A DNA stretch of 64,000 bases from the NCBI GenBank assembly GCA_050575255.1, contig JBNZDD010013687.1, positions 4,326,082 through 4,390,081 on the forward strand, in the 5' to 3' direction. Source of the DNA: Harriotta raleighana (lineage: Eukaryota). This document shows, piece by piece, positions 48,098 through 61,898 of this stretch (its first letter is position 1; every line of letters starts with the position of its first letter). Below the pieces are notes generated by a model, which did no database searches, was not told the DNA's origin, and saw only the letters and a program-made list of their open reading frames with translations. The position numbers were made by a program, and so were the translations under genes.

Positions 48098-51000
48098 ACT
48101 ACATGCAACATCAAGATTACTGTGAACTCCCTTCCATGATAAAAGCAATATGATGGGAATGAACCAGACATTTGTACCCTATGGTCCATTGTGCAGGATA
48201 AGTTTCTTTTTCAATGGAATAATACAACCTGTGGTTGCCTTGGTTGCATTTAAGACAAGGTAGCATGGTTTTAACTGCAGTTGCCAATTCACTTTTCGAT
48301 TATTATCACAATAATAATCCAGCACTGTGATCTGTGCATGATTTTCCTTCCATGCTGACCTTATTTCCAATTTATTTTCTCTTGACGATAATGCTGGATT
48401 GCAAATTGGCATTGATTGTGATATGTTGTGCTAGATTGTGATATGTTGATATCAGCAGAAATACGAACACCATTTTTCAATCTTATGTGATTTACCTATT
48501 TTCATTGAGAATTGTATCAGAAATGTTTTGCTTGCCCAGTGGATCACTAAGCAATTAATTCTGTAGTTTTTTTTGGTGATTTTTACTTGATGTGCAACAA
48601 TAGTTCTGTGTACATTTTGGCTGCTCTACTGTGAAAAAATATGACTACAAAATTATTTGATATTGTGTGAAAATTATGATGTAAGTTAAAAGTTAGATAC
48701 TGTATAGGGAAGTTTTTAATAATAACCCTTGCATTTGTTATTGTGTCATATCATGTTGTCAAGACATCACAAATACCTGGTTACAAGTTATCAGAGAAGA
48801 ATACAGTAGATACCCATGTACGTATATATAAGAAGTATATTTGTAGTTTATCTTAAAATAAGTCCTGAATTTTATAAGAAGGCGCAGATAGATTTAATGA
48901 GCTGTTTGAGTAGATTTTAATTTTCATGGTTTTAAAGCTTGTCAGATCCGGGCTAACTAAACTGGATTCGGACCTATCACTGGAGTGCTGAGTAAGGTTT
49001 TTAATCCGATGTTATCAGTATGCTATATTTATTGGTGATACTTGCACTTTGTTAGAGTATTCCAAAGTGGCTTATCAAATCTTAAGCATGCAACATTGCT
49101 AACATGGTGACTGAAAACTGTCACAACAGTGATCATTATAATCTGGGAGTTGAGTTTGACTGAAACATATGTCTCCAATTTTAATAGTTCAGCTCCCCAA
49201 ATGCCCTTGAGGAGAATATTGCCTGAGAAGGAGCTTTCATGTAAGAATAATTTGTGCTAAGTAGCTCAGTGATCTGTTTGTTACGTTAGACCTGACAGTT
49301 TGTTTATATTTCTTAAGGAGTATGATGAATGGGGGGAGAAGTTGATGCTAATTAGCTTAAATTGTTCCTAAGAATGCAGTTCACATTGCCAGTTTTATTG
49401 TTTTAGTGTTTCTTTGCACTTTTTAAATAATTGAATTGAGCTCTGACCATTCATCATAATTTTGGTCAAGACGGAAATAAATTACTGTAACATGGGTAGT
49501 CTGTCTGATGGAAGATGTTACTATGTGGGTAAATTGGGTAGGACAACAAATTGGACATTACCATTTTTACATTTTATTTAATCATTTTATAAATGCTATA
49601 AATAAATTTGTGCTGGCTGCTTTTTAAAAAAAAAGTATAGCAATGTTCACCAAAACATTTGAAGTAGAATATTTGCAGATGCCATGCAATAGGGCTGTCA
49701 TATTGTTTCAAACTTTTTGAGAGTACTAACTTTCACTAGGAGAATCTGGAATACATTTGAGTACTTGTGAAAAATGGAACAATGTGATTTTGAATCGAGT
49801 AGCGAAGGGAAATATCATGGATGAAATGAAAGTGAAAATTTGTAGAATTGTTTGCTGAGCTATATGTTGAAGCTCAAACACAAGTTTCTGTTTTATAAAT
49901 TTTACATCTATATGAAAATCATGATACTGATCAGCTCAAAACAAAACTACTGTGTCGTTCCATTCAACACCAATAGGGGAAGCAAAGAGAATCCTGCTCG
50001 TTAGTATTCAGTAAGGAGGAGGGAGAGTGCTTGCTGTAGGGCAGACTGTGCAGTTTACACTGCTTGGGTGTTTCACTGATCACTGATTTCCATGGAAGGA
50101 AATGATCCTATGGCTTTAGCTATCCACGTATGTGAATATTTGACCCATAATTGGCATTTATTAGTGGACTTAAGATTTGATGGATGAGTGTCAGCATATG
50201 GGCCAGTTAGCTTAAAGGCAGTTAAGTTAGCTGACTTTAGGCTGAATGATCAGTAGATAGAGTGGGAGCCCTTTTCAACTTTGAAAGTTACCAAAATCTT
50301 CAGATGCTTATGATTGTACTAATTGGGTGTTCTTAAAAATCTTAGTTTAGACTGGTACTTCAGCGCTGTTTTGATAAAATATCCAGTATCTGGCAGAATT
50401 ATCATGAGATCATAAATGCTGAATGGTCTACATCAACTGTATAAAATGTTTGTACAAATAATTTTTGAGGCATTAAACTATGGGGAAAGTATATAGAATT
50501 TTTCCACAAAAATGCTTGGAAACTTCTCAATGTTATCAAAAATTGACATTAAGTCAAAGCAGATGTTGAATAGTTTAGAAAATCAGTGCATTATTTTCCT
50601 GTTTCCATTGCAGTTTGCTAAACACATTATAACTAAGCTTTGATGTAATTCAAAGTACCTTGTTTATTTTGTTGATAGTATCTTTTCAGAAATGTTATCA
50701 TCCCTTGTTTAAGTTGCAGAAAGAAAAGATATGCAAGTGTATTTAAAGAGCTTGCATTTTGTCTGTGCAAAGGAAATCTGTTGAAACAATTATGTCCACT
50801 GTTTCGATCAAATTGTACAACCTTGTTCAGTTCTGAAAGTAAACCTGGAGGATTGTTCTGACAAAATATGAATGTGTGTAGGATAAGTCTTACATGGCAA
50901 AAATCATGCTCTGTCAAGTAATGGATTCATTCTTAGAAAATTACATCTAGTATTGTAACATCATAATCAGGTGGGAGGGAAAGCAGTAACTAAGAAAATG

Positions 51001-52623
51001 GTATTGGCATGTTTTTGCCTTATTTGGAATGAGCTATGTGAAGTCCTAATTATTTACCACAAATTGCAGAGGCAAAAGTTACAGTTGTTACAGATGCATT
51101 TATGAATCATTGCCCAGTTTTGATCATTTAAATGAGATTCATTTTTCTGGCTGATTTGTCGATGAATTTTGAGCATGGGGCACAAATAGGTTTTCATGCT
51201 TCCCTATTTGGCTTAAACTTCTGTTGCTACAGACACCGCTTCTGAAATATAGCTAATCTAGAACAGCATTTACAGGGAGATTGTTTGGATTATCATATAT
51301 GTGATTTGGTTTATTATAAAAAGATGTATACAGCCCCTTGCGTATCCTTTCACAGCTTCAACAATTTTGTTTATCAAATAATGCCAATTATTTTTCGGGG
51401 TTCTTTTCAGTAGTGTGAGTATTGTGTTTTTATATATCAAATTGATCACTTGCAAGCTAATAGAAATTCTGAAGTGCTTACAGAATAGTAAGAAAGTGAA
51501 TTTAACAGCATTCGAATCTGGGGGGAAAAAAATTAACTGAAAGAAATACAAAATGTTCAATAAAATACATTTTTAGAAATTGACAATAAATCCAGATAAT
51601 TACATACCATCATATTTGTTTAGCTTAATTGTTTTGAAAAAAGTAAATAAACGTAGGTAGCCTAAAATTTCAGTGGCCAGGAAAATCATGAACAAATTAT
51701 CGTTCCATATATGAGCTAGTATTCTAACAAGGCATTCTTTTGAACACTAGTATTTTGAAGGAAATGGTTTTGAAAAATATAAATATTTTAGGGTGGTCCA
51801 GTAGCTCAAGTAGCTGAATGCTCAACTTCCAACCAGAAGGTCGCAAGTTTGAGCCCCAGGGTTGATTTGCTTTTGCTCCAATATAACTTGTCTTTCATGG
51901 GGCAGTTCTCTATCAGGCTACATAAAGATGGACTGATATGTAACTTTTTTGCAACAAAGTAGAAGTGAAAAGCTCACATCAACTGATTTAACTCGCAAAT
52001 TTTGACCCCACATTTATCCTTAAGCTGGAAAACACAGGGTGGTCTAGGAGGCACTAAAAAGCTATAAGCTACCACCATTGCAACCCCTTGAGCAGGGGTT
52101 GAAACTCATGCTGTCAACTCTCCCCACCTCCACCAAGATAAAGTGCCCTGGAATGGTTCATCTGGTAGCTCAAAGAAGAATCAGCAAGTTTAAATGCAAG
52201 TTGAGGCTTTAAAATGAACCAAGGACATTCTAGGTTGCAAGTAAACTGTATTGCTGGTGCTAGGATTGTGCCCTTTGCCAGTCAATGAGTGTTCATGATG
52301 TAGTTATAGAGAGGTTTATGACCCAGACCATCCCATTGTAGAAGTACCTCACGGAGTGCGAAGAAAATAAGTCTGAAAACCTCTCATAAAATAAAGTAAT
52401 AAGAAAAAGCTTTTGTGTTGAACCACTACTCAGCAGACCAACCGCACACACACAGCTTTGTTCTATTATCAATTAAAACTGTGGCTTAACGTAACAGTGT
52501 ACATGGAAATATTCTATTGGAATATTTGGTGGCACAGCAACCAGATGGAGTTGGAGATGGTTATAACAATACTGATGGTGCTTGTTGTTTCACACAGTGG
52601 GGAAGTAGGGGGAATTATTATGA

Positions 52624-52950
52624 TAATAATCCTCGCATTTGATATAGTCTTCTCATGTCGTCAAAGTATCAAAGCGCTTCACAGAATACCATAAGGTACA
52701 GTGACTGTATTTTGTAGGCAAAATGCGGCAGCCATTTGCACACAGCGGTGTCCCATAACCAGTTGTAGATTGAGTGATTTGGGCAGAGGCATAATAGAAA
52801 CAGAAACACTCCGCCAGTCAACAAACAACCGGGCTACTACTTGCTGCTGGGTATACAGAGGCATGTGTAGTAAGGAAACTTACCTAAGTTTTGCCCCACG
52901 CAGGATTCGAACCCGGGTCTTCTTGCTTGTAAGGCGAGCACACTAACAAT
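52624..52950 (-). mobile_element. tRNA/Deu SINE, longer subfamily
   Basis: Tail, core, AACAACCGGG..TACT..CTGCT segment, B box GGTTCGAATCC on the minus strand. Confidence 0.88.
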
Positions 52951-54142
52951 TACAATACGCTAACAATACGAGGTGCTGCAATGAGAGTAGAAAAAGTTCT
53001 AGGTGATAACAAATTATCAAGAGAATTCTTCATATAAAGCGGCGCTATGTGCAGTACAATGCTTCTGTTCCGATATTCTGTGTACTGTGTTGTTGCAGCT
53101 CTAATGTTCCTGGCATGAAGTAGAGGTCTGGCTTCATGCTGGGTATAGAAAGAATTGCTTCATTTCTGGAAGTTGCCAGTTGCCTGATGTGCCCTGAAAC
53201 CAAATCAACAACCAATTGATTGTTGAGTTATGGATGTTACAACCGCTTCTCATTCACAGTAAGTTCCATGAGGATTGACACAACTGGCAGAAATAATCTT
53301 GATTTATGATGACATCAGGGAATTTTAATAACCACTTAACATTCAGTGTTAAATGCAACAAAACGTAGAGCATATCTGTCCTCTGTAATGAATAGTAATT
53401 TGCCTTGCATTTGATATAATGCCATCACAGAATATAATTCTTAACAGTAATAAAAATTGTATTTTTTTTACCGTATTCAACATATCAAAAGTTGCACTCA
53501 AAAATCCTGTCAAAAGTAACCATTCTATTTGAGATTGTAAATCTTTCTCTTGTGTTTTAAAGAAATTAATTCTTTCCTCCTGGACTCCTGCTATTCTCTC
53601 TGCCATGCAATATCTGTAGTCAGTAGTACGGGTGGGTGACTTTTGCCACGTAAAGTGGTTCGTAAGAGCAGCTCAGCTTGACTCTTTCTAGTTTTCTCTC
53701 CCGCCCAGTGAGAGTAACTACAAGGCCTCCATTTGGCACATTGCAACAGCAGTGTAACTAGAATTAGCATCTTGACTGTTTGGTGGATCGGGGTCACATA
53801 TCCCACCATTGTCCAGGTTGCTGAGCTAATGTGCTAAAAAAGCAGAATCCACTGATGGGTATATTGTTAACTTCACAGAATGTTTTAGCTGATAATAGTA
53901 ATAGTTAAGTGCATCAAATAGTACAGTATAATGGTACAGTATAACGTTTGCGTTTAGCAGTTCACTGTAATGATCAGAGCCATCCAGCAGGTGGGGCTTT
54001 TTATACTTTCCTGCATCTTCAGCTTTATTGACTAATTTTATTTCATGGAAACAAGCTTAAATAATAATTTTTAAAAAATAGATTTTTGCATTTTATATAG
54101 CACCTTATCATGTCCTCGGTGTATCAAAGCGCTTCAGAGAAA

Positions 54143-55028
54143 ATAGAATCATAGAATTTTACAGCACAAAAAAGAAGGCCATTCGGCCCATTGAAAAGAG
54201 CTATTCAAGTCATTCCCACTTCCCAACTCTCTCCCCATAACCCTACAAACCCACCCTCCCCAAATAAACATCCACCTCTCTTTTAAAGGATGTTACGAAT
54301 CGCCCTCCACCACCCTTTCAGGCAATGATTTTCAGAATAACAACTCACTGCGTGAAAAAGTTTCTCCTCATCTCCCCTCTGCTTCTTTTAGAAACTATTT
54401 CATATCTGTGACCTCGAGTCACTGACACACCCACCAGTTTTTCCTTGTTTATCCTACCGAATCCCCTCATGATTTTGAAAATCTCTATTAGGTCTCCATG
54501 TAACCTTCTGTGCTCCAATGAGAATAATCCTAGCCTCTCTAGCCATTCATCATATCCAAAGTCCTTCATTCCTGGAACCATCCTGGTAAATCTCCTCTGC
54601 ACCACTTTTCAATGCCTTAAAATCCTTCCTAAGTGTGGTGCCCAGAACTGAACACAGTACTCTACCTGAGGCCTAACTGGCGTTTTATACAGGTTAATCA
54701 TAACTTTCTGACTTTTGTTCTCTATGTCCCTATGTATAAAGCCTGTATCCCATCTGCTTTTTTAACAGCCTTATCTACCTGTCCTCGCACCTTCAAAGAT
54801 TCAGGTCTCTACGTTCCTTCACCCCCTCTTATAATTTTACTATATTGCCTCACGTCATTCTTCCTCCCAAAATGCATCACCTCACATTTCTCTGCATTAA
54901 ACTTTATCTGCCATGTGTCTGCCCATTTTACCATTCTGTCTTTGTCCTCTTGACGTCTGCTACTATCCTCTTCACTATTTACTACTTTTCCTAACTTGGT
55001 ATCATCTGCAAATTTGGAAATTATACTC
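54143..55028 (-). mobile_element. CR1 LINE 3' end, 5'-truncated
   Basis: ISKFADDTKLG, WQIKFNAEKCEVMHFG, VQRRFTRMVPGM..LERLGLFSLEHRRLHGDLIEIFKIM..RRNFFTQ; TTCTATGATTCTAT-type tail at 54143-54158. Confidence 0.93.
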
Positions 55029-55483
55029 TTGTACACTTCCCTCCAGTCAGAAAAACAACTGTTCACTGTAAAGTGAATTGACTATATTTTGTGGGCGAAA
55101 AATGGCACCCATTTCTGCACAGAAACAGTCGTGGATTGAGTTGCCAAATCAAATCAATACATTATTCAAGCTAATGGGATATTTTACCAACTCTACCAGA
55201 GCGTTTTATATACTTTGGGGGAAAATGATTGTCAATAGTGCTTTCGTGTTGTGGAATTATTGAAAAACATTTGAAAGAGGTTTATAAGAAAGAATACAGT
55301 TTGCAAAATTGCCAAAATCTTAAAAGTAAATTCCCTGCTCAATTGGTCCACAGAATAGTAAAATAATTTGATAATTGACTCACAACTTGAGTTATTAACA
55401 AGAATAGAAAGTGGTATATCCACAATTTTCTGAAACAGATTAGTTTTAAAGTTGGAACACATTATAATGCTATAATGCTTAAT

Positions 55484-55795
55484 GGAGCTCCCGTGGCTCA
55501 GTGGTTAGAACACTCGCCTTAAAAGCATGAGAGCCCTGTGTTCGAATCTAGGCAGATCAGGGCGAAACCTTGGGCAAGTTTCCTTACACCACATAATAAT
55601 AATCCCTCCAAAAAAACCACAATAATAAAATTGGTCATTTCAATCCATGACTGTCTGTAGGACAATGCTGTGCACAATTGGCTGCTGCATTCCGCCCACA
55701 AATATACAGTCAATTCACTTTACAGTATATTCTGTGAAGCGCTTTAGGACATCGATAAGATGTGAAAAGCATTATATCAAATGCAAAGATTATTA
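55484..55795 (+). mobile_element. Full-length tRNA/Deu SINE
   Basis: Closely matches the 15726-16060 copy, including A and B boxes. Confidence 0.92.
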
Positions 55796-56844
55796 ATCCT
55801 ATAATTCCTTTTAAATTGGGTGGGCGGAGGAATCTTTGAAAAAAATTTTTTTAAATTCACACCTCTTCGTTTTCTAATAATCCACACAGAAAATTGGATT
55901 ATCTGAAATTTTCTTCAGAGTTGGTGTTTAAGAAATGTACAGCAACCAAAAAAATCAATTGGTATTATTCATCCATGGAATGCACATAAACAGAAAATTT
56001 GTCATCCAGATTTACTGCACCAAGAATGCCATTTGTCCCATCTCGTTTGGGTTGATGTTAGCTCCCATTGGAGCTGTCTATTCCAATTACAAATCGCCTG
56101 CATTTTCCCATACTCTTCAATATTATTATTCACTTTATTGAAGTAAACTTTTTAAATTTTCATGAATTCTCAAGCAATGTTCATACTTTTAATGAAAACA
56201 AGCACCCAAAACAAAACCGAGTACATAAACCAATGTGTGTCTTCCAGACTTATCCTCTGTTTATCTGGCAATGCCTTTGTTTAATAATATTAGTAATTCA
56301 TTGTTTAGTGTTTATCATAATAGAGAGCATTGTTGACCTACTTCTCCCATTAACATTTGTTTAAAAGAAAATAGATTTGAATAAAAATTGTTGCTGATCT
56401 TTTTTATTCATTCAACAAAAGTTTATAGATAACTTTTGCTACACCAGATTCTGCCTGTGGAAACTAGAATTGAACATGCTATTTTTAAAAACATTAAAAA
56501 TACTGAGGATATAATAGTATAGCATTCTCCATATGATTACACCAATATATATGTATGCGCAAATCTTAAGGAAGTATCTTTGTATAGTATGACTGTAAAA
56601 ATAAAATTAAATCCTTATTTGAAATGGCGCTTTTCGTATTGGGTGATGGGTGTGTGGTTATCTCAAAGAAGTTCACAGAATATATTGTAAAAAGTAATTT
56701 TTTAGGCAAATGTAGAATCTTTACTGCTATTACAGTAATACTAGATTAATTTTACAAATGCTAGGCTCTTTGCAACTGTGAAATACCAATTGCAAATATA
56801 AAGTGAAGAGTCATAGATAGAATCTGGTTGATTTATTCTTATTC

Positions 56845-56944
56845 AAAAACAGAACTTGCTGGGAACACTCAGCAGGTCAGGCAGCATCTATGGAGGAAGG
56901 GAAAGTGAGTCAACATTTCGGGTCCACAGCCCTTTGTCAGAATT
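56845..56944 (-). mobile_element. Penelope-like element terminal repeat fragment with decayed minimal hammerhead motif
   Basis: Minus strand: TTCTGACAAAGGGCTGTGGACCCGAAATGTTGACTCACTTTCCC...CATAGATGCTGCCTGACCTGCTGAGTGTTCCCAGC. Confidence 0.7.
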
Positions 56945-57394
56945 GTCTGAATTCTCTTCAACTTCTTTTTAAAAAAATAGTTCTTCAACACAACAAATTG
57001 CATTGACATGGCGCGTTTCACATCAGGAAGAACTCCCAAGCTGCTGTGACTTGTCTTGACAAATATGGAGTATGTATACAGTGCACTGTATCTTGTACCA
57101 ATTCTTTGGCTGCTTGCGGAGCTGAAACATAAGTGCTGTATCCCATTAGTGCAAGCAACCTGATTTTTTAGCAATCAACTGATTCCACTAGTAACAGCTA
57201 AATTTAGCTGTCCAAATGGATCTTCACCAACACCTGAACTGAGCAAATGCGACTTTTGGTCCCAGCATGATTGAGAAAATTAGTAATGGTATGTTTTAGA
57301 AAACATCATAGCTCTTTTCTGATACTTATATCAATGATGTAATATAATAATAATATGCGATATATCTATGACATCTATGATATTTAAACTACTG

Positions 57395-57525
57395 AGTTCT
57401 GACGAAGGGTAGTGGACACGATATGTTGACTCACTTTTCCTTTCTCCATAGATGCTGCCTGACTTGCTGAATGTTCCCAGTGATTTCTGTTTTTGTTTCC
57501 AGCATCTGCATTATTTTCCGTTTTG
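57395..57525 (+). mobile_element. Second copy of the same terminal repeat, opposite orientation
   Basis: TTCTGACGAAGGGTAGTGGACACGATATGTTGACTCACTTTTCC...CATAGATGCTGCCTGACTTGCTGAATGTTCCCAG...TTCCAGCATCTGCA. Confidence 0.7.
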
Positions 57526-59647
57526 GATTTATTCTTATTGTTTGGTTCAGTTATTTTGCCTTTCCGCCTTTGATTGTTTTCCAATAATATAACACAATAT
57601 ATGATATTCCAATGAATAGTCTCTTAAGATTTAATTGAATTTCTCATCTCTTGTAATAAATAAAATAATTGTTCTGCACAGGATACATCCTGTTATAACA
57701 TGAATATTTTGAATGCTTTTCCTTCAAATGTGTCCACGCTGACTTCTATTCCGCTGTTAGTATAATTGTAGATTCGATGATTTTCTCAGCAGTGAAATAA
57801 TACAGATCAGGTTTCAGATCATATCTGCTGAGAAGTAAACTAGGCAGAAAGTGTGCAGAAAATATTACTAAAATTTGATTCCCATGGAAGAGTTTATTTT
57901 TTTCTGGGATCACATGATCTCTTTTTGTTAGGTGTCTGTGTTAGTTTTACCCTTGGAAGTTGGGATTTCTCTGTTGGTGTTGCTTTTATAGCCTGGCATG
58001 CCAGTTGCATCATTATTTATCACAACTTGCCAGAAAGCCAGATTTAACAAATACTTGAATAACACTGAATTGGTACAATCAAAAAAAGTTACATTTTCCA
58101 TATTTCTCATTACTAATACTGAGAGAAATGGGAGCTCGGAATATAAGGAGTGACTGGAAGCTTTACAAAGGCATTCCTCTGTGCATAAGATTACTTAGGC
58201 AGAGTATTTATTTTGCAGTCTGTTATTAAAACTAAAACCGCTGCAGTGATTTAAACATCTGCCCATGTCATATGATGTTACTCAAATTCATTAATCAGAA
58301 GTGAGCTGAATTCAAAAGTAGCACACCACCCCTAATATGAGAAATAACTTTCTATTTTTCACTTTTATCTATTCTACGGATTAATTAAGGGGGAAAAAGG
58401 CTTTAAGTCATCTCTTTATGGATTCTTCAGACAACAGTTACAACTGCATTCTGTAACTCAACAATTTTGTCTCTTTCAAAATGATTAAAAGTAAAACTCT
58501 TTATTTAAGAGTTTTTCTTTCACTTGACTTTCGGATACAGCTGATGTTTTTCCAGGTGTATCAGCCAAACTGGAAGTCATTAGTTTGGCCCAGCATAAAT
58601 GTTAATAATCGCATTAATATATATTACCACATTGGGTTTCCTCTCCTGTTCAAATGCTCTTTGAGTGCTAAATTCCATTGTAACTACACTCCTCATTTAT
58701 TATTGCTCAATTAAATTGCTTGCTGGGCATATCCTGTGATAACTCAAATGTGCACTTGGCTAATAGCAATATCCTGCAGCTATGTCACTGTCATTAATGG
58801 GAATGTGCCTTGCTGTTCCACAGACAAATCATGCAATACTGTTATTATCAGTCTTTTCACTCTATAAAACATCTCAACAAATAAGTGGAAATGACTTTTA
58901 GTTTGTTGCCTTAAAAACTGTACCCAGTAATTTGTTTTCCAGTACATGTGTACTAAGTAGTTGCTTTTGGAAAGCTGTTTATTAAAACCATGCTAAATTA
59001 GACAATCTTGTTCAAGAATTATATGAACAATAATTCCCCAGTTCATACGTTTTGCAAAGCAAAGGTGGCTCGGCAAACAGACAACATACAAATAAACTTT
59101 TAAAATATATATATAGTACATGTATGTTGATTTAGATTTTGAAAAAAAAGTTTGATGTTATTCTTTCTGAAAGAAATATAAAACAAATTGGAAAACAAAT
59201 AATTTTCCCATACACTAATGTGAAAGCATTTTATTTAAGTACTTAGGGACTGTTTCAGAATTCATTTGAAAAGAAACAACTGCAAATTCTGAGAACTTCC
59301 CAAATGGCAAACCTCAAAAATATGATGCAATCCATAAAAATGTTCCAGCAGTTGCCAATAATAAAACAATAATCCACAGTGAGTGTTGATTATTATACAG
59401 AGCAAGGCTCTCCATGTTGAAACAGCCTTCAGTTCTTTTACCTGTGAAATTCATAGTGTACCGAAAAGTGTGCCTACCTAATCAATGTAACCCCTTAAGT
59501 ACTGTTTCATTGTAACTATGTCAAATAATGTTCCCATTGCATTTATTCTTGACTTTAGGCATTCCTAAAGTCTGATATGTTTTTGTACCTGAATACACTG
59601 AAACTGTTACAAGTTGGTGTCTGAAATGATGATGTAATTTCAAGACC

Positions 59648-59706
59648 TTCAGACGTCCTCCCGATGTGAAAGGTGCTATATAAATGTAACTTTTCGTTGT
59701 TGTTGT
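59648..59706 (+). mobile_element. Isolated L2 3' tail (similar stubs at ~2930, 11125(-), 19200, 35795(-), 37865, 61525)
   Basis: GACGTCCTCCCGATGTGAAAGGTGCTATATAAATGTAACTTTTC(GTT)n. Confidence 0.75.
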
Positions 59707-61898
59707 CTAGTGAATTTAAAACAAACATTTCCGAGGCCATGATTAACATGGGAATTTATGTCAATGTGTCCCACGTGATGTCATTTGTGCCGCTGGTCTG
59801 CCAGACATTTTTGCAGAGTTGAAAGCACTCCTTTAAGCCCCAGCCCAAGGAACTAGAGAAGCATAAGAGAAAACAAACAAGATGAAGATCGTTTCAGTCG
59901 GAAATCGTGGGGAATGGGATGGTATTTGATACCAGCAAAGTTGACCCCGTAATAGTATCAGGAGTAGAGGCCAGTCATGACTAAATGAGTATTTGCGACT
60001 GGTCTCTTGGGTAGATTATAACCAGGCAATAATATCTAATGCTGTATATCTCACAGTCAATCAGGAAACAAACTATAGGATTATATGTTTCCATGTCTGC
60101 ACTTTCATTAGTTTAGGCTCACTGTAAGAATATATAACATTGAATTTGTGTGGTCTAGCCACCAGTTTATGTATATGGTGATAAATTATACTTGCTGATT
60201 GCTCCCAGTAATACTTTTTCAGGAATTTCCTTTATCCCACATGTAGAATACATTGAACTGCATGGATGAATGCAGTTGGCGTTTCCTTACGCTACCTGCT
60301 GTGGGCATGATGATGTTGGTTTTAGTTTACCCTAGACGCACGATGCATGCTGTAAAAAAAAGGTATTTTGAACAAATTGTCCCATCTATCCAAATACAGA
60401 CTTACTCTTTGTATTTGAAATGGTCGCAGTAGTTTGTCCAAACGAACACTGTAGTACCTTGAATGACGGAAAATTATTTTCATCTTCTGCCTGCAGCCTG
60501 CAGTCTGAGATATGTTTTGGATATGGCGGCACTGTCATTTGGATGAGAACTTGGTAATTTGATGATATATTGTAAAACATTCCTGGCATTTCCTCTCGGG
60601 TGAGACCTATTTTCCTAGGTTTGCTCATTTCCAAACTTGGTATCCTAATTCATTGAGTTGCTATGATATGTAGGAAAATGATGGTGTGAATTTTACTGGT
60701 GAGAGGGGATCATTGGCTGTAAAAGTGCTCAATTTCCCTTTGCAAAACTAGAACTATTTATCCAGCAAAAATGAATGCAGAGGATTCAACTTTCACTGCA
60801 TGTGGGTATAGGGGTATATTTTGACTACAAACACAATAAAACAATGCTACATGCTGGTGGTATATGACATCATGACCTAAATATGTTTTTAAAAATCATT
60901 TATTACCATCTATAAACAGTTAAGTTAGCGCAAGGGATGATGAAAAAACAGCATTAATTCCTCCTTGGGTTAGGAATCATTGGTGGCCCATTAGGATTCC
61001 AGATGTAGTTTTGTATGCTTTTCCATTTGTTTTCCAACGTTTATTGCTTAGACCCTTGGTACTTTCACTGGTGCTTGTCAGGGATGTTGGCTTTTCTGCT
61101 TGAGGTCTTCCTGAAGAAACATACTAGCCTGAGCTGCAGGCATAAAGCAGGCTATTGTCCATGCTCTGACGTTTGGGGAATAGCTGTGCTCTTGTCAAAG
61201 GTCAAACACCATGTTGTCCAAAATTACTAATGCAAACACCTTTAACTGGAGATAGAGCAACCATTTTATTTTACATAACGAGAGAAGGAGTTTTGTTGAT
61301 GTTTAGAAATTGTATGGCTGCATTCTTAAAGGACTATAGGAAAATTCTTGCACTACAGGAACATTAGATAAACATAATTCAATTGAAATTAGTTAAAATA
61401 AAATGCACAGTCACAGCACTTTGCAATGTATCATGTGAAATGCTTTGAGACATCTTCCTGATATGAAGGGTGTTATATCAAATCTAATGATTAGGATTAT
61501 TATTATCTCTAGTGATGTTCCAGTGCGATGGGTTGTCCTCCTGATGTGAAAGGCACTATACAAGTGTAATTTTGTTGTTGATGTTGAGAAGGAATTCCTT
61601 GTTTAATCTAATGTAATTGTTAAAGTCAATATGTCCCAAGGAAAATATTTGGAAATATTTAGCAACTTTTTAATATTTTATTACAATACTTTGAACAACA
61701 ATCTGAATGTGGTGAAGCAGTGTATTAATGCACTGAAGTGCTTTTTCCCACATATTTGGGGAGTTGTATGAAATGGAAGGAGATTTATTATTTTACAATT
61801 CTGCCTTTTCATTTCAACAAAATGTTTACGTGAAAAAATAAAATTGATCCCCATGTCTAAATATTGCTGAACAATTAGAAGACAAATGTGTTTTTCTG

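Noticed and set aside
48414-48450. Short duplication GATTGTGATATGTTG x2
   Set aside because: Ordinary slippage-type duplication with no further structure.
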